DNA of 32,000 nucleotides, taken from the NCBI GenBank assembly GCA_028700115.1, contig JAQVTI010000002.1:1-32000 (forward strand), read 5' to 3'. The notes below the pieces were generated by a model that saw nothing but the letters and a program-made list of their open reading frames with translations, was not told the origin of the DNA and searched no databases. A program made the translations under genes and the position numbers. The stretch comes from Candidatus Iainarchaeum sp. (lineage in GTDB: Archaea; Iainarchaeota; Iainarchaeia; Iainarchaeales; CSSED10-239). Positions 22,586 to 30,585 of this stretch are shown one piece after another (positions within the stretch are counted from its first letter, which is position 1; each line of letters opens with the position of its first letter).

Positions 22586-22927
22586 ATGCCAAGTGCAAGT
22601 ATAAGAAATAGAAAATTAAAAACAGTAAGAACACCAAGTGGTAAGTCAAAAATAATTATTAAAAAGAAAAAAACAAATAAGCATATTTGTGCAATATCTA
22701 AAAAACCATTATCAGGTATGCCACATGGAAAAAGAGTTTTTGAAGTTTTAAGAATGTCAAAAACACAAAGAAGACCAGAAAATCCATTATCTTCTATGCT
22801 TTCTTCAAAAGTTAGAGATGATGTTTATCTTCAAGCGGTAATGCTTAAATATAATTTAATTACAAAAGATGATGTAGATTATAGATATAAAAAATATATT
22901 GATATGATTTATAATAAAATTGAATAA
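22586..22927 (+). CDS. rpl34e: 50S ribosomal protein L34e (eL34)
   Basis: Contains RNRKLKTVRTPSGKSKIIIKKKKTNKHICAISKKPLSGMPHGK. The ATG at 22586 follows aaggtga; the ORF-track GTG at 22577 lies inside that motif. Confidence 0.88.
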   Translation: MPSASIRNRKLKTVRTPSGKSKIIIKKKKTNKHICAISKKPLSGMPHGKRVFEVLRMSKTQRRPENPLSSMLSSKVRDDVYLQAVMLKYNLITKDDVDYRYKKYIDMIYNKIE

Positions 22928-22938
22928 GTGTGGTATTT

Positions 22939-23094
22939 ATGGGAATTTTAAAACCTGGAAAAGAATGTATTTTAATTAAAGGAAATGATTTTGGTAAAAA
23001 AATTAAAATAGAAAAAATAGAAAATAATTTTGTTTATTTTAAAGAAAAAGATAAAGAAAAAAAGGTAGGTATTTATCATATCTTTCCTTTATAA
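22939..23094 (+). CDS. rpl14e: Probable 50S ribosomal protein L14e (eL14), 51 aa, absent from the ORF track
   Basis: My own translation is MGILKPGKECILIKGNDFGKKIKIEKIENNFVYFKEKDKEKKVGIYHIFPL followed by a stop. It is KOW-like (G..c.i.kG...Gk...i..i.d.nfv...) and has the terminal n..Hi.P pattern of L14e. It sits in the expected slot after L34e. Confidence 0.55.
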   Translation: MGILKPGKECILIKGNDFGKKIKIEKIENNFVYFKEKDKEKKVGIYHIFPL

Positions 23095-23114
23095 TTTGAA
23101 AATGTGTGTTTATT

Positions 23115-23741
23115 ATGGCTAAAGCAAAGGCAAAAGGAAAAGTAAATAATTCTAAATCAAAAAGTGGAAATAAAAAACCACAAAAAAATACAAGAAAGAA
23201 AGAAAGTTCTATTGTTAAAGTTACAAAAACTGAAAGAGTTTTTAAACAAAAAACAAGAAATATTCCTTCTCATTTAGATTTAAGTAAAGAAAAAGATGAT
23301 TTTAAGCATGTTGTAAGAATTTCAAATAGGGATATCCCAGGATATATGTCTATTGGAAATGGGCTTGAATTAATTTATGGAATTAGTAATAGATTAGGGA
23401 AAGCAATAGAAGTTATTTTTTATAAAAAAACAAATCAAGAAAGTTTAAAAATAGGTTATTTAAAAGAAAATGATATTGAAGTTTTAAATGATATTATTTT
23501 AAATTTAGATAAAGAAGTTCCATCTTGGCTTTTAAATAGAGCAAAAACAATTGATGGAGATGGAAAAAAACATTTAATAATGGCTGATTTGAAATTAGAA
23601 CTTAGAAAAAATCTTCAAAGACTTGGAAAAATTAAAAGTTATAGAGGTCTTAGATTACAATGGGGTCTTCCTGTTAGAGGTCAAAAAACAAAATCTACTT
23701 TTAGAAATGGTGGAGTTGTAGGAGTTTCTAAGAAAAAATAG
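23115..23741 (+). CDS. rps13: 30S ribosomal protein S13 (uS13) with a Lys-rich N-terminal extension
   Basis: Contains FKHVVRISNRDIPGYMSIGNGLELIYGIS and YRGLRLQWGLPVRGQKTKS. About 55 basic residues precede the conserved core. Confidence 0.92.
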   Translation: MAKAKAKGKVNNSKSKSGNKKPQKNTRKKESSIVKVTKTERVFKQKTRNIPSHLDLSKEKDDFKHVVRISNRDIPGYMSIGNGLELIYGISNRLGKAIEVIFYKKTNQESLKIGYLKENDIEVLNDIILNLDKEVPSWLLNRAKTIDGDGKKHLIMADLKLELRKNLQRLGKIKSYRGLRLQWGLPVRGQKTKSTFRNGGVVGVSKKK

Positions 23742-23772
23742 TTTTTTTATTTTTTTTTAAATGTGATAAATT

Positions 23773-24360
23773 ATGGGTGAACCAAAAAGATTAAATAGAT
23801 TATACGATGTTCCTAGAATGAAGTGGAATAAACAAAAAATAAAAGCAGATAATAAAATCATTAATGATTATGGTCTTAAAAGAAAAAAAGAAATCTGGAA
23901 AGCAGAAACTATGGTTAGAAACTATAGAAAAAAAGCAAGACTTCTTTTAGCTGGAAGAGTAGATGATTATGCTACTAGAAAAGATGAATTATTAAATAGG
24001 CTTATAAGATTAGGTATTTTTACTAAAGATCATAAAATTGAAGATGTTTTAAAAATTAGTGCAAATGATGTTTTAGATAGAAGACTTCAAACATTAGTTT
24101 TTAGAAAAGGACTTTCATTAACACCAACTCAAGCAAGACAATTAATTACACACGGACATATTCTTGTAAATGGAAAAATAAGAAAGACTCCAAGTTCTTT
24201 AATTTATAAAGATGATTCTATATCTTATTCAAATACTAAAATAAAAAATGAAATTGAAAAATCAATTGAAACTAAAGGAAAATCTTTTGTTCCAAAAGAA
24301 GATAAATCAAAAGTAGATTTAGATTCTAAAAAAGAAGAAACAAAAGAAGTTAAGGAGTGA
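23773..24360 (+). CDS. rps4: 30S ribosomal protein S4 (uS4)
   Basis: Contains MGEPKRLNRLYDVPRMKW and an S4 RNA-binding domain (LDRRLQTLVFRKGLSLTPTQARQLITHGHILVNG). Confidence 0.94.
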   Translation: MGEPKRLNRLYDVPRMKWNKQKIKADNKIINDYGLKRKKEIWKAETMVRNYRKKARLLLAGRVDDYATRKDELLNRLIRLGIFTKDHKIEDVLKISANDVLDRRLQTLVFRKGLSLTPTQARQLITHGHILVNGKIRKTPSSLIYKDDSISYSNTKIKNEIEKSIETKGKSFVPKEDKSKVDLDSKKEETKEVKE

Positions 24361-24366
24361 TTCTAG

Positions 24367-24756
24367 ATGGCTGGGAATGATAAGATTGGTTTAATAAATA
24401 TTTTTGCATCTAGAAATAATACTATAATGGTTTTAACAGATGAGACTGGTGCAGAAGTTATTGCAAAATCATCAGGTGGGCAATTAACTAAATCACAACA
24501 TAAAGAAGGTTCTCCTTATGTTGCTATGAAAATGTCTCAAGTTATTGCAGAAAAAGCAAAAGAAAAAGGAATTAAAGAAGTTCATGTTAAAATTAGAGCT
24601 CCTGGAGGAAATTTATATAATAATCCTGGTCAAGGTGCTGAGCCTTCTATTAAGTCTTTAACAAGACATGGATTAAAGATATTAAGTATAACAAATACAA
24701 CTCCAATACCTCATGATGGTTGTAGAAAGAAAAAATGTTATAGAAGAAAAAAATAA
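24367..24756 (+). CDS. rps11: 30S ribosomal protein S11 (uS11)
   Basis: Contains GLINIFASRNNTIMVLTDETG, SITNTTPIPHDGCRKKK. Confidence 0.94.
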   Translation: MAGNDKIGLINIFASRNNTIMVLTDETGAEVIAKSSGGQLTKSQHKEGSPYVAMKMSQVIAEKAKEKGIKEVHVKIRAPGGNLYNNPGQGAEPSIKSLTRHGLKILSITNTTPIPHDGCRKKKCYRRKK

Positions 24757-24793
24757 TTTATATAAATATAATTTTTTATCTGTGTGATTAAAT

Positions 24794-25525
24794 ATGACTA
24801 AAATAAAATTTTTAGAAACTGAGTTTCAAAATAATAAGTTTCTTGTTGAAAATATAGATCCAATAATTTTAAATACATTAAGAAGAATGATAAGTTATCT
24901 TCTTCCAATATATGCAGTTGAAGAAATTGATTTTCATATAAATGATTCTGTTGTGATTGATGAGATGCTTGCTAATAGAATAGGTCTTTGTCCTATTAAA
25001 ACTCCTTTAATCAATACTGGTAAAAAAGTTACTTTATCTTTAGATAAACAAGGTCCATGTACAGTTTATTCAAAGGATTTTATTTCAAATGATCCTGATA
25101 TTGTAATGGCATATGATAATATACCTATTACAAAATTAAATGAAGGTGAAAAAATAAATCTAGATTGTTTTGCAGTTATAGGTTCTGGTAAAGATCATGT
25201 AAAATATTCTTCTTCAATTGTTTCATATTCTCAACTTTTTGAAGTTGATTCTTCTAGAACATGTGAAGATTGTAAAAATATTTTAGATTTAGTTTCTAAA
25301 AATGCATTAAATAATTCAAAACCATATTTAATAGATTCTAATATGCAAGATTTAGTAGTTTTACAAATTGAAAAATGTGATAAAAACTGTTTAAAAATTA
25401 ATTCTACTAATAATTATATATTAAATTTAGAATTAATTGGTCAAATAGATATTAAAGATTTAATTAAATTATCAAAAAGATATGTTAAGGAGTATTTTTC
25501 TGTTTTAAAGAAAAAAATAAAATAA
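24794..25525 (+). CDS. rpoD: DNA-directed RNA polymerase subunit D (Rpo3)
   Basis: Contains ILNTLRRMI and EMLANRIGLCPIK (the AHRLGLIP-type motif). It lies after S13-S4-S11, as in other archaea. Confidence 0.88.
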   Translation: MTKIKFLETEFQNNKFLVENIDPIILNTLRRMISYLLPIYAVEEIDFHINDSVVIDEMLANRIGLCPIKTPLINTGKKVTLSLDKQGPCTVYSKDFISNDPDIVMAYDNIPITKLNEGEKINLDCFAVIGSGKDHVKYSSSIVSYSQLFEVDSSRTCEDCKNILDLVSKNALNNSKPYLIDSNMQDLVVLQIEKCDKNCLKINSTNNYILNLELIGQIDIKDLIKLSKRYVKEYFSVLKKKIK

Positions 25526-25543
25526 ATGTTTTAAATTTTATTT

Positions 25544-25625
25544 GCTGGGGTTCCCGAGTGGTCAAAGGGGCAGGACTTAAGATCCTGTGCTTAGTGCTTC
25601 GCAGGTTCGAATCCTGTCCCCAGCA
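25544..25625 (+). tRNA. tRNA-Leu (anticodon UAA), class II with a 13-nt variable region; CCA not encoded
   Basis: The acceptor stem is gctgggg/ccccagc with discriminator A. The anticodon stem is cagga/tcctg with loop cTTAAga. The T arm is gcagg-ttcgaat-cctgt. The D loop contains GG. Confidence 0.9.
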
Positions 25626-25673
25626 TTTTATTTAAGATGTTTTAAAAATTTTATAAAATTTAGGTGTTTTTAT

Positions 25674-26033
25674 ATGACTATTAAAAAAAGTTTGAAAAAT
25701 AATGAAAAAGTTGAAATGATTGATAAATTATATAAAGCTTATAAGCAAAATAATAAAGATATTTATAAAAGAGTTGCAAAGCTTTTAGAAAAAAGTGTTA
25801 GAAAAAATATTTCTGTAAATTTATCTAAGCTTGAAAAATTAAATGTAGTTAAAGATGGATCTATTGTTGTTGTTCCTGGGAAAATATTAGGTGCTGGGGA
25901 AGTTTCAAAAAAAATTACAGTTTATGCTTATAAATATTCAGATTCTGTAAAAAATAAAATTCATTCAATAAAATCTTTTGATGATTTTTGTAAGGATAAA
26001 ATTGACTATAAAAATACTTTAATAATTATTTAA
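25674..26033 (+). CDS. rpl18e: 50S ribosomal protein L18e (eL18)
   Basis: Contains ISVNLSKLEKLNVVKDGSIVVVPGKILGAGEVSKKITVYAYKYS. The ATG at 25674 is preceded by taggtg. The ORF-track start at 25587 would overlap the tRNA. Confidence 0.85.
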   Translation: MTIKKSLKNNEKVEMIDKLYKAYKQNNKDIYKRVAKLLEKSVRKNISVNLSKLEKLNVVKDGSIVVVPGKILGAGEVSKKITVYAYKYSDSVKNKIHSIKSFDDFCKDKIDYKNTLIII

Positions 26034-26053
26034 ATTAATAATTGGTGACTAAA

Positions 26054-26470
26054 ATGATATTAATTAATGCAGAAAATAAAATTTATGGAAGACTTGCATC
26101 TGATGTTGCAAAAAAACTTTTATCTACTGATGATAAAATAGTTGTAGTTAATTCTGGACTTATTATTGTTTCTGGAGATGGGACTTTACTTTTAAAAAAA
26201 ATCAGTGATAAAAGAGAAAGAGGGGGAAAAGGAAATCCACTTCATAATCCAAAACAACCAAGATATCCAGATTTGTTATTTAAAAGATCTGTAAGAGGTA
26301 TGCTCCCAAGAAGTCCAAAAGGTCTAAATGCTTTAAAAAGATTAACAGTTTATATAGATGTTCCTGAAGAATTTTCAAAAAATTTAGAAAAAGCAGTAGA
26401 TAAAAAAAATATAGAACATACAACATTAAATGCTCTTTGTAAAAAATTAGGGGCTAAATTAAAATTATAA
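26054..26470 (+). CDS. rpl13: 50S ribosomal protein L13 (uL13)
   Basis: Contains LINAENKIYGRLASDVAKKL and FKRSVRGMLPRSPKG. Confidence 0.93.
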   Translation: MILINAENKIYGRLASDVAKKLLSTDDKIVVVNSGLIIVSGDGTLLLKKISDKRERGGKGNPLHNPKQPRYPDLLFKRSVRGMLPRSPKGLNALKRLTVYIDVPEEFSKNLEKAVDKKNIEHTTLNALCKKLGAKLKL

Positions 26471-26484
26471 AAATAGGTTATATT

Positions 26485-26889
26485 ATGGTAAAAATATATA
26501 ATGTTAAAGCGAATAGAAAAAAGGCAAAGGCAAGAGCTGTAATTAAGTCTGGAAAAGGGAATATTAGAATTAATAATACTTCTGTAGATTCTTTTTATAC
26601 AGGTTATAAACAATCTCTAGTTTTAGAACCCACTCATATTGCTCCAGAAGAATTTTCAAAATTTGATTTTTTAATAAATGTATCTGGAGGGGGAGTTTCT
26701 GGGCAAGTACAAGCTGTTAGAAGTTGTATTGCAAAAGGAATTGTTCTTGCAAATGGTAGTAAAAAAACATTAAAAGATAAATTTTTAATATATGATAGAT
26801 ATTTATTAATTGATGATGTTAGAAATAAAGAACCTAAAAAACAATTAGGAAGAGGAGCTAGAAGTAAAAAGCAAAGCTCTAAAAGGTGA
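26485..26889 (+). CDS. rps9: 30S ribosomal protein S9 (uS9)
   Basis: Contains [46 protein letters not shown]. Confidence 0.94.
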   Translation: MVKIYNVKANRKKAKARAVIKSGKGNIRINNTSVDSFYTGYKQSLVLEPTHIAPEEFSKFDFLINVSGGGVSGQVQAVRSCIAKGIVLANGSKKTLKDKFLIYDRYLLIDDVRNKEPKKQLGRGARSKKQSSKR

Positions 26890-26893
26890 TTTT

Positions 26894-27088
26894 ATGATTA
26901 TTCCTATAAGGTGTTTTTCTTGTGGTCAAGTTATTGCAAATAAATATGAAGAGTTTATAAAGCTTGTAAATGAAGAAAAATTATCTCCTGAAAAAGCACT
27001 TGATAAGCTTGGTATTAAAAAATATTGTTGTAGAAGAATGTTATTATCTCATGTTGAAACCATTGATGAGATAATGATGTATAATTAA
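26894..27088 (+). CDS. rpoN: DNA-directed RNA polymerase subunit N (Rpo10)
   Basis: Contains [14 protein letters not shown] and [11 protein letters not shown]. Confidence 0.93.
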   Translation: MIIPIRCFSCGQVIANKYEEFIKLVNEEKLSPEKALDKLGIKKYCCRRMLLSHVETIDEIMMYN

Positions 27089-27115
27089 AATGAAAATATA
27101 TAAAGAGTTGATATA

Positions 27116-27805
27116 ATGGTTGAAAAAAATGATAGTTCTAAAGGAACTTTAGTAAATATAGATTTATATCTTAAAAATGGTATTCATATAGGTACAAAAT
27201 ATAAAAATGGAGCTATGAGAAGATTTATCTTTAAATCAAGAAGTGATAAATTAAATGTAATGGATGTTCAAATAATTGATAAAAGAATTGCTATTGCTAT
27301 AGATTTTTTATCAAAATATGATCCTAAAGATGTTATTTTTGTTTCAAGAAAAAAATATTCTCTTACAGGTATTAAACTTTTAGAAAAAACTTTTGGATAT
27401 AATTCAAAAGTAGGAAGATTTATTCCAGGTACTTTTACAAATCCAGAATCTGAACATTTTGTAGAGCCTAAATTAGTATTTATTGTAGATCCAAATATAG
27501 ATAGACAGGCAATATTAGAAGCAAAAAAAATAAGAGCCCCTATTGTTGCTCTTGCTACAACTTCTAGTAATATTAGAAATATAGATTTTATTATTCCATT
27601 TAATAACAAAGGTAGAAAATCTGTTGCACTTTTCTTTTGGTTATTAAATAGAGAATTACAATTAAAAAATGGATTTATTAAAAAACCAGAAGAATTTAGT
27701 TATAAAGTTGAAGATTTTATTTTTGATGATGATAATAAAGATAAAAAAGATAAAAAAGATATTACACCAAGACCAAGATTTAGAAAAAAATTTAATAAAA
27801 ATTAA
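27116..27805 (+). CDS. rps2: 30S ribosomal protein S2 (uS2)
   Basis: Contains GIHIGTKYKNGAMRRFIF, FIVDPNIDRQAILEAKKIRAPIVALATTSSN. It has a Lys/Asp-rich tail. Confidence 0.93.
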   Translation: MVEKNDSSKGTLVNIDLYLKNGIHIGTKYKNGAMRRFIFKSRSDKLNVMDVQIIDKRIAIAIDFLSKYDPKDVIFVSRKKYSLTGIKLLEKTFGYNSKVGRFIPGTFTNPESEHFVEPKLVFIVDPNIDRQAILEAKKIRAPIVALATTSSNIRNIDFIIPFNNKGRKSVALFFWLLNRELQLKNGFIKKPEEFSYKVEDFIFDDDNKDKKDKKDITPRPRFRKKFNKN

Positions 27806-27821
27806 TTTTTTTATTTTTTTT
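27806..27821 (+). terminator. Oligo-T tracts after rps2
   Basis: A T7, then a, then a T8 run begin directly after the TAA stop at the end of the operon. Confidence 0.4.
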
Positions 27822-27934
27822 AAATTAAAAAGTATTTTTATTTTTTTTATAATTATATTTTTTTATATTTAATTATTATTAGTTAATTATATAAAGTATT
27901 TCAACATATTATATATATAAAATAAGTGGTTTAT

Positions 27935-28660
27935 ATGAAAGATACTTCTATTGTTTCTCTTTTAAGAGATTTAAATTTAACAGAATATGAAGCAAAAGCA
28001 TTAACTACTTTATTTAAATTTTCTGAATCTGATGCTCCAACAATTAGTAGAAATTCTCAAATTCCAAAAACAAGAATTTATGATGTTTTAGATAAGCTTA
28101 AAGCAAAAGGTTTAGTTTTAGAGGTTTATAAATCTCCAAAAACTTTTAAAGTTATTAATCCTAATGAAATTTTTAGTCAACTAATTGATTCTAAGAAAAA
28201 AGAATTTGACTTACTTTCTAAAAAAGTAGATGATGTTGTAGCAAATAAAAATTGGGATGTTGAACTTTCTTCTAATAAGGAAAAAATTTTGCAAGTTAAT
28301 AATTTAAATGATTATAATAAATATTTATCTCAAGAATTAAATTCTGCTGAAAAAGAAGTTTTGGGATTTACTCATATTGATCAAAGAATTGATTCTTTAA
28401 AGTCTCTTATTCCTAGAGATAATTTAGGCATTAAGATTTTAACAAATCCAATGACTAAAGTCCATAATTTACCTAAACATTTTTCAGTTCAAGAAATTAA
28501 TCATTCTATGGATGCTTTTGTTTTAGATAAACATAAAGTTATTATGGCTCTTACAGATCTTTCTGAAGCCAAAAAAAGTTATCATTTAACTGTTTTAGAA
28601 AATAATCTATCTCTTGCAAATGCTTTATCTACTCATTTTAATTCTTATTGGAAAAAATAG
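27935..28660 (+). CDS. TrmB-family transcriptional regulator
   Basis: The N-terminal winged HTH (LNLTEYEAKALTTLFKFSESDAPTISRNSQIPKTRIYDVLDKLKAKGLV) matches the TrmB N-domain pattern. The ATG at 27935 is preferred over the GTG at 27926. Confidence 0.7.
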   Translation: MKDTSIVSLLRDLNLTEYEAKALTTLFKFSESDAPTISRNSQIPKTRIYDVLDKLKAKGLVLEVYKSPKTFKVINPNEIFSQLIDSKKKEFDLLSKKVDDVVANKNWDVELSSNKEKILQVNNLNDYNKYLSQELNSAEKEVLGFTHIDQRIDSLKSLIPRDNLGIKILTNPMTKVHNLPKHFSVQEINHSMDAFVLDKHKVIMALTDLSEAKKSYHLTVLENNLSLANALSTHFNSYWKK

Positions 28661-28707
28661 TTTTATTTTTTAAATACATTCTCTTTTTATATTTTTCTAA
28701 TTATATA

Positions 28708-28717
28708 TTTTTATAAA
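28708..28717 (+). promoter_or_regulatory. Candidate TATA box about 25-30 nt upstream of the 28741 ATG (leaderless-type arrangement)
   Basis: The sequence is ttttataaaa. There is no SD-like motif before the ATG, unlike most genes in this window. Confidence 0.3.
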
Positions 28718-28740
28718 AAATTAAAAAAAAGTTTTATAAT

Positions 28741-29202
28741 ATGTGTTTATTTAAAAAAAAAGGAAAAATAGATATTAAATTAGATTCTTATAATTTAAAA
28801 TATGATGATTTTATTAAAGGTAAATTATTTATAAATATTAATAAAGATTTAATTGGAAAAGAATTATATATTAAATTAATTTCCTATAAATATGTAAAAG
28901 AATATGATTCTAATGGTAAAGCTTATAAAAATAAAAAAATTTTGTTTAATTTTAAACAATCTTTAGATAGTTTGAAAAATTATTCAAAAACAATTTCTCC
29001 TTTAGAATATTCTTTTAAAATTAAAATTCCTTCAAAAAATTCTATAGATCCATTAAATTCAACTAAAGTTGGGAATATTATTAATAAGATTTCTATATTT
29101 ACAGGAAATAATTCAAAACTTTATTGGGATTTAGAATCTAAATTAGTTGTAAAAAAAAGTCTCTTTAATATTAAAAAAAAAATTGATTTAAATATTAATT
29201 AA
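28741..29202 (+). CDS. Hypothetical small protein; N-terminal pattern reminiscent of arrestin-fold/Spo0M-like proteins
   Basis: The 153-aa protein begins KGKIDIKLDSYNLKYDDFIKGKLFININKDLIGKELYIKLISYKY, an alternating beta-strand pattern. This is a weak, memory-based resemblance only. Confidence 0.4.
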   Translation: MCLFKKKGKIDIKLDSYNLKYDDFIKGKLFININKDLIGKELYIKLISYKYVKEYDSNGKAYKNKKILFNFKQSLDSLKNYSKTISPLEYSFKIKIPSKNSIDPLNSTKVGNIINKISIFTGNNSKLYWDLESKLVVKKSLFNIKKKIDLNIN

Positions 29203-29587
29203 TTTTTTTTAACAGAATATTTATATTTATAAAAATTTATATTTTCTATTTTTATATATTAATAATTATAATAAATTTATTTAAATTTATTTTATAATAT
29301 ATTTTGAAAAAAAATTAAATTAATTTTATTTTTTATTTTTTATTTTATTTTTTTAGTTATATAATAAAATTTAGGTTATATTTTTTTGAAAATCCTAATT
29401 TTTTTAACATAAATTTTAAATAATTAATATAAATATACATATTAGTTTAATAGTTATAGATGATCATAATTATGATATATTATTATATATATTATTTTAT
29501 CTTTGTTAAGTTTATTTTATAAATAATAATATATCTTAAGAATAATATTTTTTATTTTTAATTTTTTTATAATATTTTTTTTAAAAA

Positions 29588-29602
29588 AATCTATTTATAA
29601 AG
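29588..29602 (+). promoter_or_regulatory. Candidate BRE/TATA promoter element (aatctatttataaag), copy 2, upstream of the L7Ae operon
   Basis: Identical to 8554-8568. It lies 81 nt upstream of the L7Ae ATG, and AAGGAGGT sits just before that ATG. Confidence 0.5.
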
Positions 29603-29682
29603 CTTATTGTGCTTATATTATATATTACTTTTTTTATTTTACAAAATAAAATAAACCGATGACATTTAAGGAGGTAGTTTGT

Positions 29683-30111
29683 ATGTCTGAATTTGTAAAA
29701 TTTACTGTGTCAGATGATCTATTAAATCTTCAAACTGAAGTTTTTAAAAAAATATCTAAGTCTGGTAAAGTAAAAATTGGTATAAATGAAGTTACTAAAG
29801 CTGTAGAGAGGTCTAATGCAAAATTAATTGCTATTGCAGAAGATGTTACTCCTGTAGAAATTGTAATGCATTTACCAATAATTTGTAAAGAAAAAAATAT
29901 ACCTTTTACTTATTTTAAAACAAAAGATGATTTAGGAAAAGCTGTAGGTATATCTGCAAAAGCAAGTTCTATTGCTATTTTAGATGCTGGAGTTGCTCAA
30001 AAAGAATTAACTTCATTAATTACAAAAATTAATGATTTAATTGGTGGAAAAAAAGAAGAAAAACCAAAAGAAGTTAAAGAAAAACCAAAAGAAGCTGAAG
30101 ATAAAGAGTAG
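29683..30111 (+). CDS. rpl7ae: 50S ribosomal protein L7Ae (eL8 family, K-turn binding)
   Basis: Contains GINEVTKAVERSNAKLIAIAEDVTPVEIVMHLPIICKEKNIPFTYFKTKDDLGKAVG. The ATG at 29683 follows aaggaggt; the ORF-track ATG at 29659 would place that SD inside the coding region. It has a KPKE-rich tail. Confidence 0.92.
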   Translation: MSEFVKFTVSDDLLNLQTEVFKKISKSGKVKIGINEVTKAVERSNAKLIAIAEDVTPVEIVMHLPIICKEKNIPFTYFKTKDDLGKAVGISAKASSIAILDAGVAQKELTSLITKINDLIGGKKEEKPKEVKEKPKEAEDKE

Positions 30112-30124
30112 TGGGGTGTTTTAA

Positions 30125-30334
30125 ATGGCTGATGAAGGAATACCTGCAGAAGTTGTAGAAATTGTAGGTAGAACTGGTTCAAGAGGAGAAGCTACTCAAG
30201 TTCTTTGTAAAGTTTTAGATGGTTATGAAAAGGGAAGAATAAAAAAAAGAAATGTTAAAGGTAATGTTAGACTTGGAGACATTTTATTATTATTAAACCC
30301 TGAAACAGAAGCAAAGGATATTAATTCTAGGTGA
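30125..30334 (+). CDS. rps28e: 30S ribosomal protein S28e (eS28)
   Basis: Contains PAEVVEIVGRTGSRGEATQVLCKVLDG, RNVKGNVRLGDILLL. Confidence 0.93.
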   Translation: MADEGIPAEVVEIVGRTGSRGEATQVLCKVLDGYEKGRIKKRNVKGNVRLGDILLLLNPETEAKDINSR

Positions 30335-30339
30335 TTGTT

Positions 30340-30534
30340 ATGAAATGTACATTTTGTGGTAAAGAAATTCCAGAAGGTTCTGGAATTATATATGCTAAAA
30401 AAGATGGTACTGTTTATAACTTCTGTTCTAGTAAATGTAAAATAACTGTTCTTAATAAAAAATATAAACCACATAGAACAAAATGGACAGATAAATATCA
30501 TCTTGAAAAATCAAGAATTAAGAAAAAAATTTAA
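30340..30534 (+). CDS. rpl24e: 50S ribosomal protein L24e (eL24)
   Basis: Contains CTFCGKEIPEGSGIIYAKKDGTVYNFCSSKC. The ATG follows aggtga. Confidence 0.93.
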   Translation: MKCTFCGKEIPEGSGIIYAKKDGTVYNFCSSKCKITVLNKKYKPHRTKWTDKYHLEKSRIKKKI

Positions 30535-30546
30535 TTTTTTTCTTTT
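30535..30546 (+). terminator. Oligo-T tract after rpl24e
   Basis: The sequence tttttttctttt lies directly after the TAA stop. Confidence 0.25.
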
Positions 30547-30585
30547 CTCTTCTTTAAAAAATATAATTTTTAATTTGGTGATTTA

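Noticed and set aside
25587-25673. N-terminal 29 codons of the ORF-track L18e model (start at 25587)
   Set aside because: This part overlaps the 3' half of tRNA-Leu (25544-25625). The conserved L18e sequence begins after the ATG at 25674, which has its own taggtg motif.
27669-27872. 67-aa plus-strand ORF overlapping the 3' end of rps2 and running into the terminator T tracts
   Set aside because: It is out of frame with S2 and its product is poly-I/K/F low complexity. It extends through oligo-T terminator sequence, so it is most likely spurious.
29203-29658. AT-rich gap as a replication origin call, and intergenic regions as C/D-box sRNA genes (given the nearby L7Ae)
   Set aside because: I saw no ORB-like repeated elements and no adjacent orc1/cdc6. 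I could not find a convincing RUGAUGA ... CUGA box pair in any intergenic region (290-476, 8403-8804, 29203-29658). The region is reported only as an unexplained gap.
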